The notes under the pieces were generated by a model, which saw only the letters and a program-made list of their open reading frames with translations, had not been told where the DNA came from and did not search any database. A stretch of DNA of 64,000 bases from Basidiobolus meristosporus CBS 931.73. Its lineage: Eukaryota; Fungi; Basidiobolomycota. The first letter of the stretch is position 1. Every line of letters begins with the position of its first letter. Location of the stretch: contig MCFE01000360.1 of assembly GCA_002104905.1 (NCBI GenBank), positions 1 through 64,000 of the forward strand, written 5' to 3'. The position numbers were made by a program, and so were the translations under genes. Below are positions 24,253-36,900 of the stretch, in pieces.

Positions 24253-24268
24253 TATATATATATATATA
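24253..24268. repeat. (TA)8 microsatellite
   Basis: Directly read. Confidence 0.9.
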
Positions 24269-25783
24269 TCAGACTGACGCTATATGCAATAACTGCATAT
24301 CATGCAAATGGTACGTGTGTGAAATGTAAGCAGTACTTTTTAAGTTCTTGCGTTGTTTCGCAAGTTGACGTGCTTTAGAACCCACTAACAGCACAACCCC
24401 AGGCGGAGATGGCGCGTCAGATATGCTGTCAGCACTGGTTTCAAATGACAACTGATGCTCGCTGAGGGGTGAGCAATATTGCTGGCCGCTTCCACTGGAG
24501 TAATTCACCTTATTTGTTCTCCGCAGAAGCTGTAACACCGTCGTCATCATTATATGGCAGAAGCAGGGTTAAAAATGGCAAGAAATTTCATCAGTGATGG
24601 TCAAAATGATCACACGTATCCGATTATTCCTAATCGCAAGGTATCCCGTTACCCATGAAAGGCGTACACAATACAGATGGCAACATTGCCCAGCATACAT
24701 CCATTCCAAATAGAAACCACTTCACACCCTCGCCATCGCTTCTAGTGCCCGGAGATTTTCAATTCGACCACATGTTGAGCTCGTAAAATTTGTCGAAAAA
24801 TTTTCTTGGCAAATCACCATATTTGGTGATCAGCCAGTTGACTAGAAATCAATCTCAGACCAAGTGCACTTGCTGTGGGTGATGTGGTGAAAATGATTAG
24901 CGTGAGAGCCTGGCATGGCTTGAGAGAAATCACATACGGTTTTTGAACCACAGCGGTCAATCCACAAAGCCGACCTTGCTTGCAACAAGAATAAACGATC
25001 GGAATGATCAAGACTATTGCTATGCTGTCATGGCAAGGGAACATTGCAAGATTTACAGGCCAATCGGCAACTGTCTACAGCAACTGGCTAATGTATGGAT
25101 TGTTCTTGGTTTCTGGGGAGAAAGCGTTTTTCACCATCAATATATATCGGGCATTTCCATGAAATTGCGCAAATCGGGCCATTTCTAATTGCTACCATGA
25201 CCATTAGTCAGTGGTTACATGTATTCGTAACAATGACTAAGAGTATAAAGTTAGAGTTGGTGTAACATCGAGTCTCTTTCAATTCCATCCATATATGGTG
25301 GATATCCCAATAACCGAAACTGAAGACATAAATTTAATAAACCTTATAATTGATTGACTTCCATCTCTAGACACTGCAAAAAATTGTCTCTGCATCCATT
25401 CGTCCCAACATTTGAGCCGACTTCCATATATGTTTTAACCTCTTAAGATACGAAAGAGCTAAAAGTTACTTTTGGGCGGCCAGCTATTTGGGCTCTGCTT
25501 TACCACCCATGCTCAACAGATTGGCCAATGATCGCTTGCAGACTGTCGGTATAAAAGCTCATGAGCATCCTCTGCACCATATTCATCACTTGGGTTCAAG
25601 TTTCCGACATTGCGCACCACCGAGGTTTAGACACACAGCTTCATTCTTCGCACACATTCCCCAACTTTTCATCTTCACCTATCCATAACATAATCCACAA
25701 AGTTTAGTCAATAGCTCCCTTCAGGAGTCATCCGCCATTCCATTCCACTACATCAAAGATTTTTCACTTGAACCAAGGACGAT

Positions 25784-27325
25784 ATGAATAACGTTGAACT
25801 TGACACGCTGGATTCTGGGGCCAGGACACTGTATTCTGAGGAGCCTAAGATGAATGATGTGGAGAAGCATCTGGAAAAAACTGAGAGTGAGCCAGGACTC
25901 AAGAGAACCTTGAAGGCTCGTCATCTCTCAATGATATCCATTGGAGGCACCATCGGAACTGGCCTGTTCTTGGCAAGTGGGAATTCCATTTCTACAGCAG
26001 GTCCTGGAGGGGCACTGGTTTCCTACTTTGCCATCGGTATGATGGTCTTTCTTCTAATGACCTCTCTCGGAGAGATGGCAACTTTCATGCCAGTATCTGG
26101 ATCCTTCAACACTTACGGTGCGCGATTTGTCGACCCAGCCTTTGGCTTTGCTCTTGGTTGGAACTATTGGTACAACTGGGCAATTACCGTGGCCTTTGAA
26201 CTTTCTGCAGGTGCCATGATTGTCAAGTACTGGCTTCCCAATGTTCCATCTATCATATGGAGTATCCTGCTTCTGCTCATCATGGTGGGCCTGAACTGCA
26301 TCTCCGTTAAAGGCTATGCCGAGGCGGAGTACTGGTTCGCTTTGATCAAGGTCATCACAGTCGTGGTGTTTGTCATTGTTGGGATTCTCGTAGCTTCGGG
26401 CGCTGTCGGAGGCCATACCTACGGAGTTTCCAACTGGACCATCGGTGATGCGCCATTCCACAACGGAATTCTGGGGGTTCTCCAGGTTTTCCTGGTCGCA
26501 GGATTTTCTTTCCAAGGTACCGAGATGGTAGGAGTCACTGCTGGAGAAAGCTCGAACCCTAGAAAGCATGTTCCTAGAGCCATCAAGCAAGTATTCTGGC
26601 GTATCCTGCTGTTTTACGTCTGTGCCATCTTCATCATCAGCTTGTTGATCCCATATACCGATCCCAGACTCCAAAACGATGGCGATGATATCACGACCTC
26701 ACCATTTACCCTTGGATTTGCTCTGGCCAAGATCCCTGGTGCTGATCATATCATGAATGGAGTGATCCTGATCACTGTGCTCTCTGCAGGTAATTCTGGA
26801 ATGTATGCCGCCACCCGTACTCTCTGGGTGTTAGCAAACGAAGGAAAGGCCCCCAAATTCCTTCGCAAGGTCAACTCCCGTGGTATCCCCATTTACTCTT
26901 TGTTGACTACCGCCGCAATCGCGTGTATCTCATTCCTTTCCAGCCTCTTTGGTGACCAAATCATTTACGAATGGTTGATCAATGCGTCAGGTGTTGCGGG
27001 GTTCATCGCATGGCTTGGTATTGCCTCTAGTCACTATCGCTTCCGTAAGGCGTACGTTGCTCAAGGACGCGATCTGAAGGAGTTGCCATATAAGGCTATG
27101 TTCTATCCCTTTGGCCCATTGCTTGCACTGTTCCTATGCGTGGTGGTTATCATCGGGCAAGGATACAATGGCTTCTCATCCAACCCTATAGATTGGTCAT
27201 CACTTGCAGCCAATTACCTTGGTGTAGTGCTTTTCCTCTGCTTCTATCTTGGCTACAAGCTAATTAAGAAGACCAAGGTGGTTCCCTTGATGGAGTGCAA
27301 TTTCTCCACCGAGGAGATCAAATAA
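25784..27325 (+). CDS. APC-superfamily amino acid permease, bacterial LysP-like, intronless, 513 aa
   Basis: Motifs LKARHLSMISIGGTIGTGLF, FGFALGWNYWYNWA, AEYWFALIKV, NWTIGDAPF, FSFQGTEMVG, QVFWRILLFY, LSAGNSGMYA and GFIAWLGIASSHYRFR. About 12 hydrophobic segments. Confidence 0.95.
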   Translation: MNNVELDTLDSGARTLYSEEPKMNDVEKHLEKTESEPGLKRTLKARHLSMISIGGTIGTGLFLASGNSISTAGPGGALVSYFAIGMMVFLLMTSLGEMATFMPVSGSFNTYGARFVDPAFGFALGWNYWYNWAITVAFELSAGAMIVKYWLPNVPSIIWSILLLLIMVGLNCISVKGYAEAEYWFALIKVITVVVFVIVGILVASGAVGGHTYGVSNWTIGDAPFHNGILGVLQVFLVAGFSFQGTEMVGVTAGESSNPRKHVPRAIKQVFWRILLFYVCAIFIISLLIPYTDPRLQNDGDDITTSPFTLGFALAKIPGADHIMNGVILITVLSAGNSGMYAATRTLWVLANEGKAPKFLRKVNSRGIPIYSLLTTAAIACISFLSSLFGDQIIYEWLINASGVAGFIAWLGIASSHYRFRKAYVAQGRDLKELPYKAMFYPFGPLLALFLCVVVIIGQGYNGFSSNPIDWSSLAANYLGVVLFLCFYLGYKLIKKTKVVPLMECNFSTEEIK

Positions 27326-27865
27326 TTTCGTTCCATTTTTCTCTGTGGTGTATCTGCATCGAATCCCATTCACCCTTTGCCATGAATCCAGCCCACTCGC
27401 TTCACAGCAAAATAGTTTAGACTTCATCACTTTCTCCCAAACATACTTTATTGTAAATGCTTTCAACTACTTTCACTATGTTCTTGCCGAAACAATGAAG
27501 TTCGCAATAAATTTACCTGATCTCGCCTTGGTATCCTTGAGATTGTAAACGATCAGGCCGGACTCGCGCAGGCTAGTCGGGTCACTCCACCCAGCTGACG
27601 TTGAAGTAGCCCACATTGGGATTTATTGACATGAATTCGTGGATAATTAGTATACCAATAGGAGTACAGACATGTCACCACTCTGGTTTGGTAACATGAG
27701 GCCATGATTACATCAGGGCAGACTTGTCTGACCATTGTGCGATTATCACATTTGCGAATTCCACGCCAGGCAATCAATCGTGTAAATCCACCCATTACTC
27801 CGATCTGCGATCCCGATACAACTATAAAGCAGAGGTGGCTCGACTAGCTCAACTTCGGATCTAGC

Positions 27866-28615
27866 ATGTCATTTGTTTCTCAGCTCGCTTATTGCATTTT
27901 GGTCGGCTTATCCTTTGCCAATATCGTTCTAGGCATTCTAGTCGAAAGTGGTTCATCCGCTAGCGCAAAGAACTACGGGGGCACTTTATCACGACAGACT
28001 GCTTTCATGCAAGTAGTTGGAAATGAGAAGGAATTGTTTGAGAAATGGGATGCCGATGATTTTATAGCCGTCGACGACAGGTATCCGTATGATGTTGATT
28101 GTAAATCGTTCCTTGTTATGTAACCATGTTGCTTGTATAGAGTCCGTGGTGGCAAAAGTCAAAGTTTCCTAGAGATCGATGGCCCATCCGGCACAGCCCG
28201 CTTTTATGGCCATCTTGATATTAAAACTCTAGGTAATGCAGGGTTTGCCTCTCAGGCTACAAAATCCGGCCGAAGAAGCTGGAACCTGTCCAAGTATGAA
28301 GGTATAAGGTTTACCACTCTAGAAGGCGATAACAAAAACTACTCGATTAGCTTCAAGAACACCTTCGTTAAGCAGACACCTGATGGCAGCCAAGATAGCA
28401 CCATGGAATACAAGTATATCTTCCAAGGGAAGCCAAAGAGAGTTACGCAATTTGTTCAATTTGATCAATTTCGACCAACATATCGAGGTCGTGTAGTTGA
28501 TGCCAAGCCGCTGAATACCTCTGATATCAAGGTTATTCAGTTCCAAATTGCCTCTGGCTTTGGTCAACAACAAGGGCCCTTCAGCATTAAATTTCAGAAT
28601 ATCGTGGCATGTTGA
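27866..28615 (+). CDS. CIA30-domain protein with hydrophobic N-terminus, 2 exons
   Basis: Splicing of the GT-AG intron (~28081-28140) joins AVDDR to VRGGKSQSFL. Also FYGHLDIKTLGNAGFASQ, F.PTYRGR and SGFGQQQGPFSI, typical of fungal CIA30-like proteins. Confidence 0.85.
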
Positions 28616-28974
28616 CAACAATGCCCTTCCTAATCCCAAAAAGTTTATAATAAAAGTCGATAATAGAGAGGATTCACTAGAGCGCTTTGTAACAAGTAGC
28701 ATCACGTCCATGGTGGTCGCAAACTGGAGTTAAACAGCTGCAATGATAATTGATTAAAATCCATCGATCGATATTGGGTATTTGGACCAATCATTGTTCT
28801 TTGCACTCACCAATGTTACAATGTTTTCTTTATTTGTCTCTGATATACACCAACACATTCAACAGGGTAATCGAAGGCGAAATACAGCACAGCACAGCAC
28901 AGCACCTCAACACTGGGTTCGGTTGACAAAAAGCTCTCAAATCTTGTTACATATATAATCTTTCCTAGTACAGC

Positions 28975-30302
28975 ATGAGTTTCTCCCAGGGCTTGCATGA
29001 TTCCCCAATGGAGTTTGAGTATCAGTCTCCAAATCGCAGTGCACATGAATTCTTTACACCTAGCAAAAGCAGAGGTTCTGATCGCAAATGTACTACATCT
29101 CTGGTCTTTTGATATATAAATGGCATTTTGGGATTGATACGAACTGCAAATAACATTCCATATATTGTAGCCAAACACGACGACGAAGTCTTTTCGACGC
29201 CTAGACGAACCCATCCTCAAAACTTCGTTTTTAGCTCTCCAGAGTCAACCAACAACAGCCGAGGTCCAGCAAGTTCCCTCGACACTTCAGAATATTATGC
29301 CACTGACAGTGACGATATTTCCGCCCCGAACACTGAGGTCAAGTTGAAAAAGAGCTCACGAGCAAGTAAAAAAGATATTCACAAACAGCGGAGAAAATCA
29401 ATTGCTTCTTGCTCAAGCGGAAGTGATATTGAGGTTCTTTCTCAACACTCCGATCGAGTTCATCTTCAGCATGTTAATACTATAAGATTTAGGTACTATA
29501 TAGCCCTAAAGCTAAGAACAGAAAGCTTTTAAACCGGGATATGCCATATGTACTCTCGGGGTATGCTCACCTTTGCGTGTGAAACCTCGCTTGAGTTAAC
29601 AGATTTTCTTATCTTTGCATTAGGTGGCTACAATTAGCATTCAACCTATTCTTGGTTGCGATTACCCTGTATATTATCATGCAGCTTATATATACCGTGC
29701 AAAGAGACGTGGATATCAAAGTCAAAGAGTATTCACAAAGTAAGAAAGGTTGTTTCAACTTTCTATCCAAGGAAGACTAAACGATGTCGTAGGTATACTT
29801 CAAGAAATAGAGCAATGCTCAAAAAACTATGCCGAAAACCGGTGCATTCTTGAGGATCGCGTACCAGCGATGGAAAACCCGTGCAACGTATGGGAGGCTT
29901 GTATTAAACGCGACCCCACCGTCATCGGAAGGTACTGTTCACCTTTCCAGCATGTGCTTTTACCGTACTTAGCTCAGCCATTTTCTAGAGCCAAAGTGTC
30001 AGCAGAGACGTTCGCTGAGATCCTGAATAATTTCGTGGAGCCGATATCCTACAAAACGATGGTATGTTCAGCGGGTTCGGGTGGATTTTTGCCAGCTATT
30101 AACATGCTCTTGGCTTGAGCAGATTTTCTCCACCATCCTGATTTTTGGCTCTTTGTTCTTGTCCAACTTTGCGTTTGGCTTTTTGCGCTCCCGAACCCTT
30201 CATGATTTCCAATATTACTCGCCAAGTGAGCCCACCCATCATCCCAGCGGGCCATGGGTGACCCCACGTCGTACTCACTCCCGTTACATCAAGCCACGTT
30301 AG
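28975..30302 (+). CDS. Nuclear envelope protein Brr6/Brl1 family, multi-exon
   Basis: N-terminal SPMEFE and TM segment WLQLAFNLFLV. Four-Cys domain EIEQCSKNYAENRC...RVPAMENPCNVWEACIKRDP...RAKVSAETFAEILNNFVEPISYKTM. Second TM lies in the last exon. Confidence 0.85.
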
Positions 30303-31667
30303 ACTACGATCTATGTATGCGCCGACCGTACCCATATGGGCGCCTTGTTTGTACTCTTACCTCGTAACTTACAATCATATCGAGTGTACTTTCTCTGCAC
30401 TATAGATTCGCTAGCACTATGCATTAAACTAATTTCCCTCCCAACCGATTAATACACCGAGTTCGAATACTATTAATAGTCCAATAGTTCTATGATTCGC
30501 CGCTTCACTGCATGCCAGCGTTAGGGTTTGAGTTGTTTGAGCTTGCCAACTGATCGAACACGACATATTTCCCCTCGTTTGTCTGGGTGGCAATTATTCA
30601 GATCAATCCATGACAGCCGAAACATCCCAAACAATCATCCAAGGCCTCCTGCAGGCAACAACCTCCCCTTGGCATATTCTTGGCAAACCCTTTGCAGTCC
30701 CAATGACATAGTCGGAAATGAGGGCAATGGTCATCCACCCGGGAGAGCATCCCGGAATCGCCCACCAAAGCGGGTTGTAAGCACAGTCATACCACTGGCT
30801 GCCGAGCTGGCCTCCTTGGCTTATGCACCAGACAGCTAGTGAGCGCTAGGGTGTGTACAGATATGCCGTGCTTGCTCACATGCATCGAAGCCACCGGCCC
30901 CAGGCTGAAGAATCTCTTGAGCAGTAGTGAGCGAGTAGATTACATCATGGGTTGGTCGGCAAGACGTAATGGATTGGGCTGTATAGATTCGTCTTCATGT
31001 GATCGTCATTCCGCCGTCGTCTGGAATGTGAGTAAATGCATTAACGCGTGAAAAAGTTTCACAGAAAGAAATTAAGAATAAAACGGGCATCCACCTCAGG
31101 GTCCATGTCCATTTTAGTCCACCTGAGTTGCAGGGAAATTGGCAACAGCAGCTACGAATGGGCGAAGTTGGCCTGATGTTGAAACATGTCGAATGTCAGG
31201 AGGATGGGGTTTGGGATTATCATGACTAATTGACGTTTCCTGTGACCTGACCTTTTATATTGGTATGCAAATTAGGCAGTCAGCCGTACACATAAATCAT
31301 GAAACGAAATCTGATGAGCGTATGATGCACATGGTTTATTCCCCGCTGGTTCGTCGACTCATCGTCGTTTGGGCGAATCTCTCTTGACAGTCATGTGAAA
31401 ATTAGGAAGAGCAGCTAGCAAGTCCCTGAGTTTCAATTTTCGGATTTTCTTCTCTCATCCCTCCTTTTATTTTCCCGACAGTAATCGTTGATTTTTATTC
31501 GCGAGCAGCCACTCTTGCCCAATACAACCTGTTTAAAATATCTCAGTTCACCCAAAGCCAGTTATAGTTGACTCATAAGGCTTCCCAGTATCTATCTCTC
31601 GTTATCTTTGATATTTAACTGAATAGAGATTACTACGAACCTTCTAATCCCCCACTGCCCTTCTCCT

Positions 31668-32657
31668 ATGACTCGTGTATCACGGAAGACCGCGCTCCTT
31701 ACCTCGATAGCTACAGGTCTTGTGGTAGTAGCCTCAGGGATTTACTGGTGGTATGCCACGACATGCACCTTCAAGGACGACTTGCCTCTTGAAGACCAAG
31801 AAATCGTCAGTCTAGTTAACGAGGTGGGTATTTCGCACCCACGAAATTCCATTTCTTTTCAACCTAACTCGTCGTTCACTCGACTGTCCAACCCTGCAGG
31901 TACAACGAAGGAGAAGTTCGTTGACCAAGTTTCTGAATCCCATATCGAAAAACAAACCGATTATGACGCTTTCCTTGAAAAATGTAAGCCTTAAGCCAGT
32001 AGTAAGTCACCCCTCCTCCAACTAAGCTCATGGCGTTTTCAGGTTATCGTATGGAATCCACTCCCAGATCCCACAACTCCCAACTATGCATTCTTGGAGG
32101 GTACGGTGCCCATGATTCGCTCGTTCGCCCGTATATATGATATCTATCTTTTAATGCAGATATCAAGCCTGGAAGAACGGCAACAGATAATCCACCTCTT
32201 CTCTTCAGCCGGGTTGTTTGAGCCCACTAAACCTGGCCAGGGCGACTCGATCGACCAGAGTCGATTGGTGTTCTGTCAAAGTGCTGAGGGGAAGGAGTAC
32301 ATAGCCCGGAATCTTCATTCATTTATACATGTTGATAGTGACGTTAAAATCATTCGGAACTTGACTCCATTTGTGAAAAGATTTGTTTGGGTAAGAAGAA
32401 CTAGCCAAGATTGGCAACAGTCACAAATTAAAGCACACCTCCAACCTCAGTCGGATCTTCCCCGGCCCAATATCAATGATAGTCATTCACCATTGAAGCC
32501 GATATCTCCGTGGTACACACCATCGAAGCCTAGCCCACCGATTCCCCAGTTAGCCACCAAAACCGTATGGTCAGAGGTCTTGGCATCCAATCTAGACCAT
32601 TTAGAGATATGTGATGATTTGGTCAAGAGCACCATGAACCCCAATCGAGCTTGCTAG
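31668..32657 (+). CDS. Pex22-like peroxisomal membrane protein (N-terminal TM anchor), 3 exons
   Basis: N-terminal TM helix. VIVWNPLPDPTTPNYAFLE, YDIYLLMQI..LEERQQI, RLVFCQSAEGKEYIARNL..FIHVDSD and LTPFVKR resemble the Pex22-like family of early-diverging fungi and plants as recalled. Confidence 0.55.
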
Positions 32658-33548
32658 TGACTACCTTTGGGAAGACAAAATCCTGCCCGTAGGTGCGGTT
32701 TCCAGATGCTTCCCACCCGGCCCCATCTCTTATCCATCCCGAGTGCATCCCGAGGTATCTTAATACCAACAATGTTGTTTGGTTTGAATAGGACATTCAC
32801 TTAATTTAATACTATCAGAAGCTCCACTGGTTCTGGGTGACCGCTTTGTATTGTCCATGGTTTCTGACGCAGGACAAACCCTCTTTTGTAAACTTGGTTC
32901 GATGACCGATTTCAAAGTCTTGGTCAATATTGACTTTAGAAACGAATCCACCTGGTCCATGTGGCCGCTAATAAAGTAGGAATTGGGGATTATTTGTGGA
33001 GCTCAACTGAACCTTCCAGTGGTTTGGTGGTGTAGAAATGGTGGTTTTCTTGGCCTATCGTCATAAACCATCCGTTGGATTAGCTGTGAGGTTACATATG
33101 GGTGATATACCGATAAAGGAATGTCGAGCCCTTGCTTGATTCATATGGTGGTATGATTCCTTGCTGGTGTCATTCAAATGTATTTTTGAGCTACTTTCTA
33201 CTGAACGGTCTTGGCGTATGAGAGGGATGCATAAAACCAGGCCTATGAGTACTACTAGCTATACGCCATCATGCATACATGCGAGAAGAGTAACGTTAAG
33301 TGATACGATGAACATCCGGCCCAACAAGTGAATTTGTGGAGATGAAGTGCCAGGGTCTATTTGAAGTGCTTTACATATCAACGACTCTGAATTATTGAGC
33401 AGAGGCTTCATATGACTGACATCCGATATGGTAGAGTATATAGCTAGGAATTCGTATCCCAGTTCAGTATTTGTGCTGCCATATATCTGCTTGTGAGGAT
33501 ACATAAAATGGAAAGAACCCGGGCCTCTCTGATTCAGATGTAAGAATG

Positions 33549-34685
33549 TTAGAGTTCTATGGGTATGTCTTTGACACATGGCCGGATTTTCTCTTTTTGC
33601 ACTTGGTCGAACGGAGAAACGTTCATACTTAAAAACGCTGGATCTAGCAGAAAAGCGGGAGATGTTATCACCCGCTTATTGATCGATTCATGCACTAGAT
33701 TCGGATGATGAGCTATTGAAGATAGTACTGTTTCCTTTGAATGAGGTGATAATATTGGTGCACAATCATCAGATAGCTCGGTAATGGACGGCAGTGGCTG
33801 TTTAGAACGCCACTCAGATACTTTCCGTGAAGCACTAGGCTTAATAGGGACTAATGGAGGCGGGAGTATTGACGGATCTACGCAATATGCCGTGTTGTAA
33901 GCGAGCGGTGAATTGGCAAAACATGAAGCAGGAAGGCTGGTTGATTGAGAAGAGTGGACATATGATGATATTGTGGTACTGGCTTGAGAATGGATACTTA
34001 GTTGAAAATCTGCATCCAGCAAAGAAAGTTTGGTAAAGCCAGAGTAGGTCGATGGATTGCTATGATTCTCGATATTGGAGACTTGATGTGCATTTGTCGC
34101 CCTCCCTATCTCTAGAGTCAGGAGTTTAGATAGAGTCCGTGGGGATTCATGCTTTGGTAAGGTCACCGTATGTAAAGAGTATTTTTGGCATTTATACTCA
34201 GCATGATTGTCTATACAGTCAAAATAAATGCAGTTTAGCAACCGGCTAACACGTGCCTTCCAGTGGTGCTGAGTGAAGTAATCCTTACTTTGCCATGGCT
34301 TGTAAAGTTTTTTGGCTATTTGATAACGAGGGATCCTTGGGACGTTAAAGAAGACGTCTGCATTCACATCATAGCTATCGTCGTGATCCGATTGAACTGG
34401 TACCATTAACGGGTCCGCTTTTTTCCTTTTTGTCGTCTGTCTTTTATTCTGAAACCATATTTGGACAGCTCGCATGGTCATCCCCAACTGGGAGGCGAGC
34501 TTTTCGCGTGTGGTCGTATCCGGGCGCGAGTTAGCTTGGAATGATCTTTCAAGCACAACCTGCTCTTGCCTATTCGTTCTCCTCCGTTTCTTGCGAGCAG
34601 GCAAATTCGAGTTGCTTGACACAAACTGGTTAGCATCGGTATTTATCCAGCTGAGACTTTCAATATTATGGCCTTCAATACTCAT
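33549..34685 (-). CDS. Homeodomain transcription factor, Yox1/Yhp1-like, intronless
   Basis: RKKRRRTNRQEQVVLERSFQANSRPDTTTREKLASQLGMTMRAVQIWFQNKRQ. First ATG at 34685. Confidence 0.87.
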   Translation of the reverse strand: MSIEGHNIESLSWINTDANQFVSSNSNLPARKKRRRTNRQEQVVLERSFQANSRPDTTTREKLASQLGMTMRAVQIWFQNKRQTTKRKKADPLMVPVQSDHDDSYDVNADVFFNVPRIPRYQIAKKLYKPWQSKDYFTQHHWKARVSRLLNCIYFDCIDNHAEYKCQKYSLHTVTLPKHESPRTLSKLLTLEIGRATNAHQVSNIENHSNPSTYSGFTKLSLLDADFQLSIHSQASTTISSYVHSSQSTSLPASCFANSPLAYNTAYCVDPSILPPPLVPIKPSASRKVSEWRSKQPLPSITELSDDCAPILSPHSKETVLSSIAHHPNLVHESINKRVITSPAFLLDPAFLSMNVSPFDQVQKEKIRPCVKDIPIEL

Positions 34686-36299
34686 GTTGTAGTTAGCGCC
34701 TATCCCAATATCTACCAGCAAGCGAAATCATTAGCATTCATGTAGACGATGAGTCAGAGAATCGTGAGCCTTATAATATGGATAAATATGACTTACTCGT
34801 TGGGCAGACAGACTGATTATCGTCCCGGCAATCGTGGCTGAATCAACGACTTCAACTGCCTTTAAGTAGAAGCGTTTGCAAAAATCAATATGACAGATTC
34901 GAATGCTGTGTAGAGTGCCATCTGAGCACATCATAGTGTACCTGATTGGCCATTGCAGAGCAATCGTAATTTACCCAATATATCACGTTGACCAAAGCTA
35001 GAGATCGATCCTTATCGCTTTTAAGCTTTAAATTCACGGATTACCCATGGAAGGTCGGCAAAATCATCACTACATCTATCCATATACCACATTCGGGAAA
35101 TATGACGTGTACTAGATGAAGTTTAGCTGCGCTTAGACCTTAGAGCAATCACTGTATTTTGAGGGTTCTCAATTCTTGGACCGTAGTAGCCGGTTGAATA
35201 CCAGTGATGTTGGTCTTTTACAATTATTGCGTGACTACATATAGGAGGACGCTCAATTATGTGCAACATATGGACCGTTCCCATCAACTGTTTGATTATT
35301 CCCATTCACATAAACCCACCGTCTGTCACTAAATAAAACAGGTGTTGAGTAGGATTTGATCTTCTCATTCACTGTCGGAAGATCCACAGCTACGCTCATT
35401 TTGTGGAATACACCAACCTAACCATTCTGCCCATTTAACATTACCAGAAGGGGATCTGCTCGGCCCCTATGCCGTTAATGTGCCTGGTTTTGCTTTCCAT
35501 CAGTACGCCGTCGAGCATATGAGCCGCGCTTCACAATACTTACTAAGCAAAATTGCTAGGGTAGCCGCAATGCCCATTGGAGGAGATATGATACTCAAGG
35601 TGGGAAGTATCCTGCTCACCAGAGAGTTGAGAAATCTAGTATGGGCCGCAAATAATGACTCATTTCCTACAAACTCACGAGCATTAATTAAAATCACCCG
35701 CTGATACAAGACTTCCCCTATCATCTATCCTAAGCATGCCTCATAGCGTTAGTTCGTCTTACGTATGCGTAAGTAGCAACCGGCTAGGACGAATGTTGAA
35801 GCCCGAATCTGGAACCAAGCAATACGCTTTTACTGATTGTGAGATTTGTGTTCACTCCGCACGCACCAAAAAAGATGCCGAAAAGTGGATATCCTCAACC
35901 GCTGTTAGCATAAGAACTGTCTCAACCACATGCTAAAAAGATATTGAGGGAATCCCGAATAATCCGGTGGTTGATGCATGAACTATGAATAAGCACTTCG
36001 TAGGATATATGTGGAGGATAGGTGGCTTGTCTGATGGTTGAATTCATATATTACCTAATGCTTCGCATGATTTATCTGCCCTCAAGTACTTTGTTGCCCA
36101 CAACAGGGTAGACCCCAATCATGGGGCTGTTTATAAAAATCCGCCCTACATGTAGGAATTATTTTTAATGATTAGGTTTACGTTCTGTGTATTCCAGACA
36201 CCGAAAAAATCCGACCTGATTGACAAAAGACCTTAAAATAGATGAAGCTAAACCTCGAATGGCAGGAATGGCACATCGGTTGCGCCTAAGTGTTAATCA

Positions 36300-36900
36300 A
36301 TGTTTTGAATGATGGAAGGATGCATGGTTATTAGCCGGCTGATACTGGAAGGCCTTGTTATCATAAAAGCCCCATGCTCACACTACAAAATCATGGATAA
36401 CGCGCAAGTCAGCAATGTATCGAATCCCCGGAGAAACTTGGCCAGTAATCAGGAAATCCTAGGGCAACTCAGTATGTTTCAAACCATTGAAGCGACCAGG
36501 GCATACCCATTGAATAATGGGCAAACACCATTTCTCCGAATCAACCACCCATCAACAATATGGGAATCTTTCAGCTGTGGTCATGCTAACTAGCCAATTT
36601 ACCTTACCCACTCTGGGAAATCTACGAAATTGCGGCAAACTGCAAGTGGGTCATATCCATATTCTAATGGTAGAATGGAGGATCAAGATCTCGCAGTCAG
36701 AATCTCGATACAGGTTGGAAATGGCTGGGGGTATCATGTACAGAATGTTCCAGGACTCTAGACCCGCGTGATGCTGAACAAAGACCTCCTTTTCAGCTGG
36801 ACAAACTCACTTAATGTAAACAACGAGAACCCAGTGCTGAATGGCCTAGACCGTAGTGTTGGAAGAAGCAAACCGATGCTTGTAAACCAATAGTGGGCCG
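36300..36900 (+). mobile_element. Probable decayed retrotransposon integrase relic
   Basis: One frame reads TKLRQTASGSYPYSNGRME (cf. H..TT.YHP.SNG.VER) within stop-interrupted coding-like sequence. Confidence 0.33.

Noticed and set aside
26054-26674. 206-aa minus-strand ORF and similar long antisense ORFs (13392, 16240, 37661, 47041, 53043)
   Set aside because: These are shadow frames of well-supported genes on the opposite strand.
31311-31345. CTGATGA core suggesting a hammerhead ribozyme or C/D snoRNA
   Set aside because: There is no correctly placed GAAA or stem II, and no convincing C/D box pair with a terminal stem.
16429-34685. Clustering of two cyclins and a Yox1-like homeobox gene as a cell-cycle or mating-type cluster
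   Set aside because: The genes are interspersed with unrelated housekeeping genes. There is no HMG sex gene, HD1/HD2 pair or shared regulatory repeat, so chance is sufficient.
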